From positions 1 to 60,520 of the IMG/VR virus record IMGVR_UViG_3300001683_000034: 60,520 nt of DNA. One strand, written 5' to 3'. The notes under the pieces were generated by a model. The model saw nothing but the letters and a program-made list of their open reading frames with translations. It did no database searches and was not told where the DNA came from. Numbering within the stretch: position 1 is the stretch's first letter; each line of letters starts with the position of its first letter. The DNA comes from a virus (Duplodnaviria > Caudoviricetes). Made by a program: the position numbers and the translations under genes. Of the stretch, positions 10,835 through 21,773 are shown piece by piece.

Positions 10835-13800
10835 TTAAAATACCGAATTCATTCTACTATCGAGATGTTGAGAAATTTCTGTACGAGACATTGTATCATT
10901 CAAGTCAGATCTAAATGAACCTTGAATATTAGGTATATAGCCGTTATGTAGAGCATGCTGATTAGTCATACCCCTGAAATCTGGAGGGCTGCCCATCTTG
11001 CCTGATACATTCAATGAGCTTCTCGCTCCCTGAGACCTAGCTACACGGGCTATACTGGTATTAGGCATAGCATCTGCATGAAAAGTAGGATCATGTGGGG
11101 TAGACATCATTGGAGGTGGAGGCATCGCGTTAGCCGCACTATAGCCAGTAGCAGGCACATTACCTGGAGAGAACCTGTTCATAGCAGATCTGATCGCTTC
11201 GACTCCCGCCAATCCTCCAACTATGGCTGCAGCAGGCTTAAAGTATTTAGTTTGACTGATTTTGGCAAAGAACTCGCCGCTGATTAAAGCATTCCTATAG
11301 CTGCTATTAGGGACATGGGGGCTACTAACTCCACGAGTGTTGGCCATTGATCCAGCACGTTGGTCCTGTACATCAAGTAGCTTTCTACGTTGATTATCTT
11401 CTTGGAGCGAAAGCATGACATCCTGTATGCTACTACGTATAATCTGGTCTGAATCTCCCCCGCCAATAGCTTGGATGTCGGCCATAGCTACAGCACCAGG
11501 AGCTTCTGCGCCCATTATCCTATCCGTCATAAAACCCTGTCGTACTATACCCATATCTCTGAGTACTGACTCAAAGGGCATTCCAAGCGCCGTACTTTTA
11601 CCTTGACCAAAACCTACTTTTAGCTCTTCACTCATCATCTCTACGAATATCATTCTTTTTGCTAAAAGTTTTGCTTGCTGCTCAGCGTGATCTTTCGTGC
11701 CACCGGCTAGCTGATGTAGGATGCTTAAAGTTTGGGGCTCAGTTTCGCTAAGAGCCCTGAGTGTATTCTTGTCATCATTAATCATTTGTGCTGCTCTTAG
11801 TAGATTACTTGCAACATCATCTACTAGTTGACGAGATTTAGCTGTACCATCGCCAACTATTCCAAATAGCTGATCTGAAAACAGAGAACTTTCTGCAGCC
11901 ATACTCGCTCTTGCTTCCACCCCGGCTGCCTTTAAGCTATCTAGAATAACATCAGCTGGAGTCGCAATGCCGCCGTGTGCGACCTTCTTGAGATGCATAT
12001 ATTTTATTAGGTTCCTTGCATCTGTATAATGATATGTGGCAGAACGTCCGCCCCTAGATCCCGGAGACCCGCCCATGATTCCTGCAGCTTTGTCCAAGAA
12101 TCCTGATACTCTCTCAGCATTCGTATCGCCTAGTCTTGATATCAGGTTTTCTCTGAGTATACTCTTGCCCTCGCCACTAGCCTGTACGTCTAAGATCTGT
12201 CCAATCATATGATCTACATAAGACCTGCCTCTGAAATGGGCTTCTATAATAGGAGTAGAGTGTTTAGGCCCGACTATATCTATGAGGGATCTAAACGTTT
12301 CTCCCTTAACAGTACGGTCACGAAATTGATTTGTATCCTCCAGGTCTGATATTAATGAAGTAACGTCACCTATATCGTTGAATGTACCCTTTATCCTCTT
12401 TGCTACTTCTTCTGGCGAAGATTTTAATTTATTGAGAATACCTTCCATCATCTCTACTTGACCAGAGTGTATCCCCTCCATGGTCGAATCAGTCATGCTC
12501 TTTAATCTGAAGATAGATACACTGTCTTTGTCGAGGTCCCCTTCCATGCCATACTGAATCATTGCAGTATTCAAGAAAGCGACTCCGCTAAAGTTAAATC
12601 CTTCAGTTATAGACTTACTAGCAAGCTGAGTATCTTTTAGCAGCTTTACCTTGAGCGCAAGCATCTGGCGACCACCAGCAGCCGGCTCTCTCACAGCCGT
12701 TACATACAGCTTATTGTTTCTTGCCTGAGCAATCATTTTGTCTATATTGGAATATTTATCACCAAAAGCCATAGACCTTAAGGCTTCTTCGGTCACACCA
12801 ACTTCAAATTTGCCTACTTGCGCATGAGTTTGAAGTCTTAGCCTACCTCCTAATTTTAATCCTTTAGGATCTACAGTAGATGAGTAGAAGAGGCCTTGTT
12901 TAGATAGGGTGTTCCCGGCCATCACGCCATATAACTTGTCTAACCTCCCCTCTATCTTAGCAGTATCTGTAACAAGACGTTCGCCTTCTGCACTCTTTAG
13001 TCTTTCAACATCTTGCAATATATCTAGATACATTGACTGTGCTTCTTTGCCGGCGACCCTTCCTTCCTTCATGTTAGCAATAGCATCTATATGCAGCTTA
13101 TCGAAGTTACGATTCCCACCGGGAACTCTTAAGAAACCTGCTTCTTTTGTAAAGCCCATAGCCTTCGCAGAAGGAATAATCATTGGACCATGCTTACCCT
13201 TTACGAGTATGGCTTGATCGGATATTTTAACTACCCCTGTCTTGGGATCTCTTCTCCCAAGAATTGTGTCACCTATTGCTTCGAGAGATGCCTTACCATC
13301 TACGCTATGTTGTTTCTGTGAGAGTAGCTGTTCAATTGAGGTTTTCGCTTCTTTGAATTTTCCTACAGATAAAGTAGAATCTCGGCCAACTTCAATTCCT
13401 TTTGCTGCTCTTTTTAATACAGCTAATTTGCCTATTTTCTCATCGACAAGGGCCTTCTCTATTTTTGAGAACCCTGCAGCATCTTTTTTGAAATAATCAC
13501 GTTGCTGATACATAAGGCTAAGATCATGGTTCTTCTTGAATATACCAGGATGACTGTCGATAAGACTGTCAGCTAGATCTCTCTTCATGTCTAATATTCT
13601 GCGAACACCAAATTCTTTACCGCTGACATCTTTTCTTCCTCTGGCGAAATCTATTGATTCGCCCAACATAGAAATATCTCTTAGTTTTATATTAACCGCA
13701 TCACGACCAAGTTTGACGAGAGGTTCTTCTCCTCTGATGGCTAACTCAGCTGCTATGCTTTTGATCATCCATTGTTGATCACCAACAAGTGCTGGGAGCC

Positions 13801-16800
13801 CTGCAGCTGTTCTTCTTCCTACACCAAGGCGCCTCATAATCTCAGATGTTGATCCTCCTGAGTCTCTGGCGGCCGCTTCTATCGCTACCTGCTCTTGCTT
13901 AGTGGCAGCCTGGTATCCTGGAAGTTCAGCAAGTACTTTAGATAAACTGACTTTAGTAAAAGACTCATCGAGAAGTGCTTGTAGGCCTACTGTCTCTTTT
14001 GCTACAGATTTAAGGCGTGCCATAAAGTCTACATCTGACACGCGTTCAAATGCATCACCAAGACCAGCAAATTGAACAATAGACCTATCACCCACTTTTG
14101 CTATTGTAGCTTCACCACCCATCGCAGACGTAAGTTTTTGTACATTAGATCTGGACAGATCTCCGCCGGCTTCTTCACTAATTAACTGGCCGAGATTCCT
14201 AAGAAGAGTAACATTGAAACCGAATGACTGGCGTCCTTCCTTACCTGCCTCTAACACTCCTCTCGATCGTTCAAGACCGAGATCACCTAATACAAGTTCT
14301 AAGCCGCTACGGCTAGGATCGATCTTGGCTAAACCAAATATACGTTCCTTTGCACCTTTGCTTATTACTTGTCCGACACTTACTCTTTGGGAATCTAGTA
14401 TATACCCTCGATCAACCATGACACGAGCAGGATCTTTTCCGGCGATTCTTTCCGCCATCGTCAGTTCTAATTCCCCAGATCTTGCTATAAGTCTTACGCC
14501 TGTGATAAACGTTTTGCTAGGATCTAATCCACGCTTCTTGGCAATGTTAAGCATGTCATGTGTATGTCGTAAATCTTGCTTAAGGACTTCATCTGCATGT
14601 TTCGCAGATTCACCTAATATTACATGCCCTGTTACCGGTTCTACGTTAAATGCGGCTTCGGCATATGCAGCAGTCCTGCGTCTCTTTAGTCCCTCTTGAG
14701 CATAATGCTCTTTAAAGACTTCTAGCTGAATTTCCTGTCCTGGCTTAAATGTGATTCGTCTACTGCCGCGTTCCAGCATATCTTGGTGCGCTAGAATTGC
14801 ATTATGCAGATCGCTTCTAAGGAAGCCTTGAAAGTTTAATTGCCCAGCAGTAGTGCCGGTTCTAGCAGCGTCTAAGGACCTCAGATTTATTTTATGAGTA
14901 AGTGTGTGTCTAGATAATCCAGACAATGGATCAACATCCATTTGTCTGACAAGATCGCCAGACATGACTACGCCAGAATCTCCAAAGATAAGCCTATTTA
15001 GCTCTTTGTCAAGAAATTGTAGTCCTACAGTTTTTCTACCAAATGCGACATTAGTGTCTTTAAATGCCTTTCTTCCTGGGTCTAGACTAGAGACCTCCTG
15101 TCTTAATGCAGTATTCGCTGCTCCGCTATAACCCATAATCCTTGCTACGGTGGTAGGTAGGTCATCTACTGACCTTATCTGTACGGCGTCTCTGGATAGC
15201 TGAAATTGTTGACCTTTTATAAAGGGTGTTTGCCCCGGCAAAATTGATAAGTCTTTAACGCTCCCTATAGTCGCTTTCAGGTATACTCTCTGTTTTGCTC
15301 TATCCTTGTCTAAAATATTTGGTCGGAAAACTGATTCCCCACTTTGGGGACCCCAGGCAAAGTGGAGATTCTTAAACTTTTTAGCGAATATACTGTTAGG
15401 CTCTTCCAACTCCAGTCTCTCAAGATGCTTCATGACAGCATTTTGGCTCTCTACCATCTCTTTACGAAGCCGGTCTGCACCGAATACTTGGCCGCGGTTC
15501 CTTTCATCAAAACCCGTGTGCCATGCTTTTCTCGCATTATATTCATCTAATAACTTATTATATAATGTGCTATTCGCATCTACTTCCATCAATAGTTGCT
15601 GAGAAGATCCTAGAAGATGCCTACCTAATTTAGGCCTGCCGGCATAATTAACTGGATCAGCTAAACCAGAAGTATTTTTAACTCTTTCTTCCCACATTAA
15701 CGATTCATCGAATAACGAATCTTGAGCACCCAATACATTATTAATAGTCTCCCTAAGCTTGCCTTGACTAATATCGTGATGGTTCTCTAATGATTTGAGT
15801 ACCTCTCTGTATATAACTCGAGAAGCCGTCTCTGGCTCTGATAGTTTGCCTGTATCTCTTCCTATCTTACCTATAAGAGATGGGACACTGTATGCACTGC
15901 CGCCCTTAAACATATATTCAGCAGCATATTCTCCTCCTGTTGCTGCGGCAGATGGATTTATAGCAGTTGAGAATAGGGGAATAGAGACATTCTCTCTGCC
16001 TATCGATCCACCTGTAGCGATTAATTCATTACCTCTGAAAAATAGATTGGCCTTAGACTCTTCTATCCTTTTAAGGAGTGGCTCTAACCCGCCTGTAGCA
16101 AACCCCCTATTCTTTAAGAAATCTGTTGCAGATGCAGCTGTTGGGAGTTGCTCTGATCTAACCCTCAGTGTAGCACCTGTGTACATCCCTATGTGTGTAG
16201 GCCTAGACTCTATCTTCTCGACTAGCTTAAGTTCACGAGCAGTCAATTCTGTGGGCCTAAGAGAATTCTTCCATCCCTCTATCACTCCAAGATCAGATTT
16301 AGTACTTATCGCACGGCCGCCGCCTTTGCTACCGCCGAATACAATGTCCTCAAATGTTTCAGCCCCTGATGCAAATACTCTTGTCCTTGCAGATAGCTTC
16401 TCCTCATATTCACGTAAGGCAGGATTGAATGAGCTGCCCTTGAATACGGTCCTCTCAAATTTTTTCGCTCGAGATATCCAAGCTTCCTCAGTCACGTTGT
16501 TGCCTAGCAGATCTTTATGTTTATGGTATATATTCGCTTCGATTAATTGCCGTAACGCCAGTCTTGTATCTACTGGCCTAGCTTGTCCTTTTCTGCTGCC
16601 ACTTGTGTACTCACCTGGGTGTAACGTTTTACTTAGTCGCTTTTTCCAATAGTCACCCAAGTTTTCCGGCATTAGCTCTTCTAGATGAACTGTTCTACCG
16701 ACCTGTCCGGAAATTGGGCGCAATGGGGATGCGCCTTTGAATGGTTCCGCTAGTTGTAGCTTAAAATCGCTGCGACTTCCACTCTCAAGAGCGAGCTCCA

Positions 16801-17101
16801 CCCCTAGCACACTTCGCGCCTGCTTGGCCAGTTCACCACCGTATCTGTCCCTTCGCTTCGGTACGATCCGCTCACGGTGGAATTTTCTGGTGAGGAGGGC
16901 GTCCCTCTCAAGGGCTCGTATAGGTCGATACATCTTCTCTTGAACAAGACTTTTTCGCGCTGTCCTGTCAGCCTTACTTTTCTCCACTGCTTGGTCAAGT
17001 CGACTTTTGTGGCCTAAAAAGTCAGCTAGTTTAGATCTTCCACCCGTCTCCTTAAGTAACCTACGTAACTGATCAGAAACATTTTCATCTGGTCTTGCCA
17101 T
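10835..17101 (-). CDS. Large virion-associated protein with diverged beta-like and beta'-like two-barrel RNA polymerase motifs (candidate single-chain virion RNAP)
   Basis: Ordered motifs: GRKTVGLQFL..IFGDSGVVMS (cf. beta GQNMRVAFM..FEDSILVS); LELVLGDLGL (cf. VDIVLNPLGV); SKQGLF..KGLKLGGR..VGKFEVGVT (cf. beta' GKQGRF..KRVDYSGR..LHQCGLP); VTAVREP (cf. VLLNRQP); MEGDLDKD at 12524-12538 (cf. NADFDGD). Confidence 0.6.
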   Translation of the reverse strand: MARPDENVSDQLRRLLKETGGRSKLADFLGHKSRLDQAVEKSKADRTARKSLVQEKMYRPIRALERDALLTRKFHRERIVPKRRDRYGGELAKQARSVLGVELALESGSRSDFKLQLAEPFKGASPLRPISGQVGRTVHLEELMPENLGDYWKKRLSKTLHPGEYTSGSRKGQARPVDTRLALRQLIEANIYHKHKDLLGNNVTEEAWISRAKKFERTVFKGSSFNPALREYEEKLSARTRVFASGAETFEDIVFGGSKGGGRAISTKSDLGVIEGWKNSLRPTELTARELKLVEKIESRPTHIGMYTGATLRVRSEQLPTAASATDFLKNRGFATGGLEPLLKRIEESKANLFFRGNELIATGGSIGRENVSIPLFSTAINPSAAATGGEYAAEYMFKGGSAYSVPSLIGKIGRDTGKLSEPETASRVIYREVLKSLENHHDISQGKLRETINNVLGAQDSLFDESLMWEERVKNTSGLADPVNYAGRPKLGRHLLGSSQQLLMEVDANSTLYNKLLDEYNARKAWHTGFDERNRGQVFGADRLRKEMVESQNAVMKHLERLELEEPNSIFAKKFKNLHFAWGPQSGESVFRPNILDKDRAKQRVYLKATIGSVKDLSILPGQTPFIKGQQFQLSRDAVQIRSVDDLPTTVARIMGYSGAANTALRQEVSSLDPGRKAFKDTNVAFGRKTVGLQFLDKELNRLIFGDSGVVMSGDLVRQMDVDPLSGLSRHTLTHKINLRSLDAARTGTTAGQLNFQGFLRSDLHNAILAHQDMLERGSRRITFKPGQEIQLEVFKEHYAQEGLKRRRTAAYAEAAFNVEPVTGHVILGESAKHADEVLKQDLRHTHDMLNIAKKRGLDPSKTFITGVRLIARSGELELTMAERIAGKDPARVMVDRGYILDSQRVSVGQVISKGAKERIFGLAKIDPSRSGLELVLGDLGLERSRGVLEAGKEGRQSFGFNVTLLRNLGQLISEEAGGDLSRSNVQKLTSAMGGEATIAKVGDRSIVQFAGLGDAFERVSDVDFMARLKSVAKETVGLQALLDESFTKVSLSKVLAELPGYQAATKQEQVAIEAAARDSGGSTSEIMRRLGVGRRTAAGLPALVGDQQWMIKSIAAELAIRGEEPLVKLGRDAVNIKLRDISMLGESIDFARGRKDVSGKEFGVRRILDMKRDLADSLIDSHPGIFKKNHDLSLMYQQRDYFKKDAAGFSKIEKALVDEKIGKLAVLKRAAKGIEVGRDSTLSVGKFKEAKTSIEQLLSQKQHSVDGKASLEAIGDTILGRRDPKTGVVKISDQAILVKGKHGPMIIPSAKAMGFTKEAGFLRVPGGNRNFDKLHIDAIANMKEGRVAGKEAQSMYLDILQDVERLKSAEGERLVTDTAKIEGRLDKLYGVMAGNTLSKQGLFYSSTVDPKGLKLGGRLRLQTHAQVGKFEVGVTEEALRSMAFGDKYSNIDKMIAQARNNKLYVTAVREPAAGGRQMLALKVKLLKDTQLASKSITEGFNFSGVAFLNTAMIQYGMEGDLDKDSVSIFRLKSMTDSTMEGIHSGQVEMMEGILNKLKSSPEEVAKRIKGTFNDIGDVTSLISDLEDTNQFRDRTVKGETFRSLIDIVGPKHSTPIIEAHFRGRSYVDHMIGQILDVQASGEGKSILRENLISRLGDTNAERVSGFLDKAAGIMGGSPGSRGGRSATYHYTDARNLIKYMHLKKVAHGGIATPADVILDSLKAAGVEARASMAAESSLFSDQLFGIVGDGTAKSRQLVDDVASNLLRAAQMINDDKNTLRALSETEPQTLSILHQLAGGTKDHAEQQAKLLAKRMIFVEMMSEELKVGFGQGKSTALGMPFESVLRDMGIVRQGFMTDRIMGAEAPGAVAMADIQAIGGGDSDQIIRSSIQDVMLSLQEDNQRRKLLDVQDQRAGSMANTRGVSSPHVPNSSYRNALISGEFFAKISQTKYFKPAAAIVGGLAGVEAIRSAMNRFSPGNVPATGYSAANAMPPPPMMSTPHDPTFHADAMPNTSIARVARSQGARSSLNVSGKMGSPPDFRGMTNQHALHNGYIPNIQGSFRSDLNDTMSRTEISQHLDSRMNSVF

Positions 17102-17102
17102 T

Positions 17103-20100
17103 TTATTGACTCCTCAAAATATCTGTAGCTACTGCAAAGAAATTCTCTAGACTGCTTCTAGAAGACATATCATAGTTAACAATATTCTCTAATCCTTGAC
17201 CAAGACTTTCATCAATATCATAATCCGTAATACCGGACAGCATCAGCTCAGCTTCTAGTTGCTGTCTGGCTGCCCCATTTAGCCCTGATCTATTGTAAAA
17301 ATTAAACACACTTAAATCTGGTGAAGGAAATTCTGTCCTTAATTTGGCTGCAACATTCCCAAAAACACCAGATCTATGTAAATCACTACCTACAGATCCC
17401 CAAACAGAATCCATAGTTTTGACCCGAACAGCGTCCATCGCTACATCTGGATGGAACCCTGCCCATGTGGGATCTGGCATGCCGTGGCTTGCAAAATACT
17501 CTGCAGCTCTGGCATCAGGAGATTTTCTTATATTACTGTAATCAAATGCATTGTCTCCTTGCTTGGCCCAAGCAGCCTGATACACAGGCTTTACATATTC
17601 AGGCACGTACTCTAGTATTTGTCTTCGCTTACCAGAAGAAGCGTCCATCGAGCTCATGAAAAGCTGCTTCTCTCTGGTAGGTAAAGCGATTAACGCACTT
17701 CTCATAAACTGCTTTGCGCCTAATGAATAATCTAATGAGGCTACAGTCCTTCCCTTTAAGTCCATAAAGTGACTAGCCAGATCTTGCAGTCCTTCGCCTT
17801 GGGCCTTTTTCTCCAGCCGTCGCATTTTTATATATTCTAAGCTATCAAAATACTCATCCATTCTTCTTCTCTCGGTGACATATCCAGGGACGTAGCCACC
17901 AGTAAGCTTACCGGTACTTATCCCTCTCATAGCTGAGGAAGCCCCGAAATACATCGCTCCAGCAGTAGACATAACTACTTTCGCGATGGGATTTGCACCG
18001 ATAAGAGTACCAGTTATAAAGCCGCCCATAGTTGCTGTAAATGGGTCCGTGGCTTTTAGCTGCTCTGATATTGGTCTAATCATAGTGGTATATGGTTTGG
18101 CCCAATCGTACTCGTCCGTATCATATACTTCTCTTTTTAAATATCCCTCAAGCTCATCTCTTACCGGGAGCATCTTATTCGCAAGCATAGGACCTAAGAT
18201 TGGAACAGTTATACCAATTCTGGACACTATATCGTGACTAAATACCTCCCATGCAGAACCAATAGCCTGCTCGGGTAAGGTATAATAGGTTCTTATGCCT
18301 TCTTGATTCTTTTCATTCTCCGCTTGCTCGACTAGGCTAGTCAGCTGTGGATCAATGGAATTAAACTTTCTAGAAAAGGTTTGGTATCTCTCCAGCCTTT
18401 GCTTAACTCCTTCATGAGTTTTTGCAATCTTATCTGTCCAATACTCATCTACTGTTCCAGACTTGAGTAGCGAGTCTACAAGTATTTTATAATGCTTATA
18501 GGACTCAGAATGTGGTGCTACGTCTGCCAGTACCATTAATCTGTCGACTGCATCATAGACTCCCGGAGAGCCACTATGGAGCCTAAACGCAATCTCTCTA
18601 GCAGCGCCCGGGAGTCTTAATTCCCCATGGGGCATCTTTGAATATGGGTCACCCGTGCTAAAGTCTATATGATAATTTGTGTCCCCTGGGAAAACCCCCA
18701 TAGCCGTATTACCGGTAAAGCTAGATCTAGATCCTGGCAACCATGATGGCATAGTATTGGGAATAGTGTTAGTCGCTTGTCTCTGAGCTTTGAGATAGTC
18801 TACCATCACAAATCTACGAAGAAGCTCGGTATGGCCCATCATGCCACCGACACTCTCATCATAGAATGATCTAGTAATAGAATTCATAAACCCAGGATCA
18901 GCTAACTGAGGGCTAGTCGGCGTAGTAGCTTTAAATGGCATATCCCATAAAGCAAACTTATAGATACCAGTCATTTCGCTCATATGGGCTAGCCCAGTAG
19001 ATAGCATGGGCTTCTTTACTGCTGACCCAAGTTCTGATCTTGCTGGATATGGGTTCATGCCCATCTCTAGAACAGATTCGCCCGGCGTTTGATATGATCT
19101 TAATCCAGGAGAGTTACCCCCAGGTACGCCCATAGTTCCTATAGTCCTATTCGCTAACTCTTCTATACCGAACGCAGTAGGATATGGTCTATCGAATCTA
19201 TGTTTTTGTGCTAAAAACTCAGCTCCTTGAGGATCAAACATCGATCCTATTATAGGAGTATGTTCTATAAGAGAACCTACAAATGGCAGGTTTGTAATTG
19301 GACTAAGAACATTACCAACTAACTCAGGTATTCTGAACAAGTTACTTGGAGTTGGTAGAAAACTTACGTTTCTAAAATATTCTGCTTGTGACCCATATAG
19401 TGTGTCAGTGTACTTATACTCGGATCGCATTCTCGCGAACATGCCAGGAGCGAAGTAGTTTATCCTGCCTCCACCGAATGGCTGCTTACCTAGCATCCAG
19501 TATCTACCTGATCTAATAGGAACTTGTTGCTCACCAGATAGTATATCTATGGTCTCTTTTGGAGTTTCTGTTAGCCCGGGGAATGGCATTTCTCCAACGA
19601 AAGCTGAAACACCTGCAGCTATAAGTAAATTTCCTTTTGTTGGAGCTGTCTTTAGGGCAATAATGAATGGAGCTATTGTTCTAACAAAATCTGAAGCCGA
19701 GCTTTCTACAGAGCCCGGCATCAAATCTTCCATATATCTCGCGGCAGGAGATGCTCCCGTAAATTCCCTTAGGAATTGTGCTGATATCTTAGCTGTGCCG
19801 TACGCATCCATTAGCAGATTGGATGCCTTATACCCACCAGTAGGAACTCCTGTTAGATAATCAGCATACTTGACACCCTCTAGGGCGAGCGCACCTCCTG
19901 CTGCCATCCCAAATATTTTTGCTGTGTTGCCTGCAAAACCGTATCTTCCGGGAGTAGGTCTGAACCCTATTCCCATAGTTGCTCCGATAAGATCGTTAAG
20001 TCTAGTTGTCATAAAGTTAGCAGTGTCTAAAAGCCTGCCACCTAAATCTGACTTATATGCAAATGACTCCATCGGGAGCCATGTCTTATCTCCAACTTCG

Positions 20101-21770
20101 CCGGTTTTAACATCTACTATATTGCTTTTTACTTTTTCCTGAGGTGTTGCTTTGCGTAAACCAAAGTCTGATTCTTTTACTCCTTCTACGCCCTTTATGA
20201 CACGCTCCGTTTGACCTGTCTTAGGATCTGTTAGCAGATGACCTGTCGTAGGATCTGTTCGCAGATATTGAACCTTTGACTCATCGCCTACCGCAGCAAG
20301 GATATCTCTTCTAATCTTAGCAAAGAAGTTACCTGCATCTCTGGTATCTGGTCCGGATTCCTTTTGTATTCTTTGTGCAGATCTACCCACTATGTCTAAT
20401 TCTGATGAATCGACCTTAGAAGTTCCGGTCCTTTTCGCTATCTCTTCTATTACTTCGTCTAATTCAGTAGTTTGTTTTAGGGTAGGAGTTCCTTGAGTTC
20501 TTCTCTTGATGAGATCAACTGTCGAGCTTTTAAGAATAGATTCTTGTGTAGCGAATCTTCTGCCGATGCCTATATCCTCCATGATGGCATCAACAAGCTG
20601 CATCATGGGATTATTAGATTTAGCTCTTATCTGTGCTGGAGTCAGCTTAGATTGACTAGCAAGTTGACCTCTACTAGCTATAACAGCTTCGCCTATTTTA
20701 TCCCTACCTCTAGTACGCCATCCAGAAGCCATGTGCTCTAAACGAAGGGCTTCATCTGGTCTTTCTTTAGGGACAACTCTAAATAAATCTTCTCCTATAA
20801 CTAGTCTTCTGGTTCTAACATTAGCTTTATCGGGTGCTCTAACAAGACCAGAGGCTTCACCTTTACCGAATAAATGCTTAACTGGTGAAGCAAAGATATC
20901 CGTAAATTTTAGATTAACAAATGGCAGCTGTATCTCACCTATAGTCCGTTCTAGTAAACCGCCTAGATGCTTCCCGCTTAATATCCTAGTGTCTATTATT
21001 TCTCCGGTTTTCTTATTAAGAAATATCCTTTCATCTAATCGCTGTTTAGTATCTAATAGACCTAGGTCTCTCGACCTCTTTAGACCTTCTATCTGCTTCT
21101 CACCGAATAAATCGACTATCTGTTTATTCTGAATACTATCTGTGGACATCGATATAATTTTGTCTACAGTTAAATCTTCGATGCCCTCAGCAGAATTGAA
21201 TTGTCTGGAATATCTATCTCTGAGGCTTTCTCGCATCTGATTCGCAATATGTTTTGCACTATCACTTAGAGTCTTCTCGGGTCCCGTGCCTATCCATAGG
21301 CTTCCATCTGTATCCAGCTTATGTAAAGTGTCTAGATTAGTATCTAGATCTTCGAATATTTTAAGGTGAGATATAAGCGGCGTATCATTAGCTGTGGCTT
21401 TGAGAGCTTCGGCTTGCTTACTGGTATATTTACCACTCACCTCTCCTACTGCAGCAGCATATTGTGAGTAGCCTTTTGTTATAGCTCTTTCGGTCTTATT
21501 GAGCATATTGGTAAGCTTGCCAGCCACCTCCATGCCTAGATTCCCTAAGGGTCGTCTAGCGAATAGGCTCGCTGCAGCTGCTATTAATGTGAACTTTGCT
21601 ACCTTGTCGCTAAAGGCATAGTTCTCTCTTAATATTCTTTCTTCATCGAATAGAGGTTCATCATCTCTCGACGCGGCAATTCTGTCTCTAAGTTTGTTTG
21701 GATCCTGAATAAGCTTCCTGTGAAAGCTATAATCTCTTGGGAGATCAGATCTATTTCTTTCTGATGGCAT
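17103..21770 (-). CDS. Tape-measure-like/large ejected virion protein
   Basis: 1555 aa with several Gly/Ala-rich hydrophobic segments. Directly follows two tail-chaperone-like genes, the canonical tape-measure position. Confidence 0.55.
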   Translation of the reverse strand: MPSERNRSDLPRDYSFHRKLIQDPNKLRDRIAASRDDEPLFDEERILRENYAFSDKVAKFTLIAAAASLFARRPLGNLGMEVAGKLTNMLNKTERAITKGYSQYAAAVGEVSGKYTSKQAEALKATANDTPLISHLKIFEDLDTNLDTLHKLDTDGSLWIGTGPEKTLSDSAKHIANQMRESLRDRYSRQFNSAEGIEDLTVDKIISMSTDSIQNKQIVDLFGEKQIEGLKRSRDLGLLDTKQRLDERIFLNKKTGEIIDTRILSGKHLGGLLERTIGEIQLPFVNLKFTDIFASPVKHLFGKGEASGLVRAPDKANVRTRRLVIGEDLFRVVPKERPDEALRLEHMASGWRTRGRDKIGEAVIASRGQLASQSKLTPAQIRAKSNNPMMQLVDAIMEDIGIGRRFATQESILKSSTVDLIKRRTQGTPTLKQTTELDEVIEEIAKRTGTSKVDSSELDIVGRSAQRIQKESGPDTRDAGNFFAKIRRDILAAVGDESKVQYLRTDPTTGHLLTDPKTGQTERVIKGVEGVKESDFGLRKATPQEKVKSNIVDVKTGEVGDKTWLPMESFAYKSDLGGRLLDTANFMTTRLNDLIGATMGIGFRPTPGRYGFAGNTAKIFGMAAGGALALEGVKYADYLTGVPTGGYKASNLLMDAYGTAKISAQFLREFTGASPAARYMEDLMPGSVESSASDFVRTIAPFIIALKTAPTKGNLLIAAGVSAFVGEMPFPGLTETPKETIDILSGEQQVPIRSGRYWMLGKQPFGGGRINYFAPGMFARMRSEYKYTDTLYGSQAEYFRNVSFLPTPSNLFRIPELVGNVLSPITNLPFVGSLIEHTPIIGSMFDPQGAEFLAQKHRFDRPYPTAFGIEELANRTIGTMGVPGGNSPGLRSYQTPGESVLEMGMNPYPARSELGSAVKKPMLSTGLAHMSEMTGIYKFALWDMPFKATTPTSPQLADPGFMNSITRSFYDESVGGMMGHTELLRRFVMVDYLKAQRQATNTIPNTMPSWLPGSRSSFTGNTAMGVFPGDTNYHIDFSTGDPYSKMPHGELRLPGAAREIAFRLHSGSPGVYDAVDRLMVLADVAPHSESYKHYKILVDSLLKSGTVDEYWTDKIAKTHEGVKQRLERYQTFSRKFNSIDPQLTSLVEQAENEKNQEGIRTYYTLPEQAIGSAWEVFSHDIVSRIGITVPILGPMLANKMLPVRDELEGYLKREVYDTDEYDWAKPYTTMIRPISEQLKATDPFTATMGGFITGTLIGANPIAKVVMSTAGAMYFGASSAMRGISTGKLTGGYVPGYVTERRRMDEYFDSLEYIKMRRLEKKAQGEGLQDLASHFMDLKGRTVASLDYSLGAKQFMRSALIALPTREKQLFMSSMDASSGKRRQILEYVPEYVKPVYQAAWAKQGDNAFDYSNIRKSPDARAAEYFASHGMPDPTWAGFHPDVAMDAVRVKTMDSVWGSVGSDLHRSGVFGNVAAKLRTEFPSPDLSVFNFYNRSGLNGAARQQLEAELMLSGITDYDIDESLGQGLENIVNYDMSSRSSLENFFAVATDILRSQ

Positions 21771-21773
21771 TGC

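Noticed and set aside
15795-16652. 285-aa plus-strand ORF and the many other short plus-strand ORFs in 1-59300
   Set aside because: They lie fully inside long minus-strand genes that have coherent motifs and coupling. No recognisable products.
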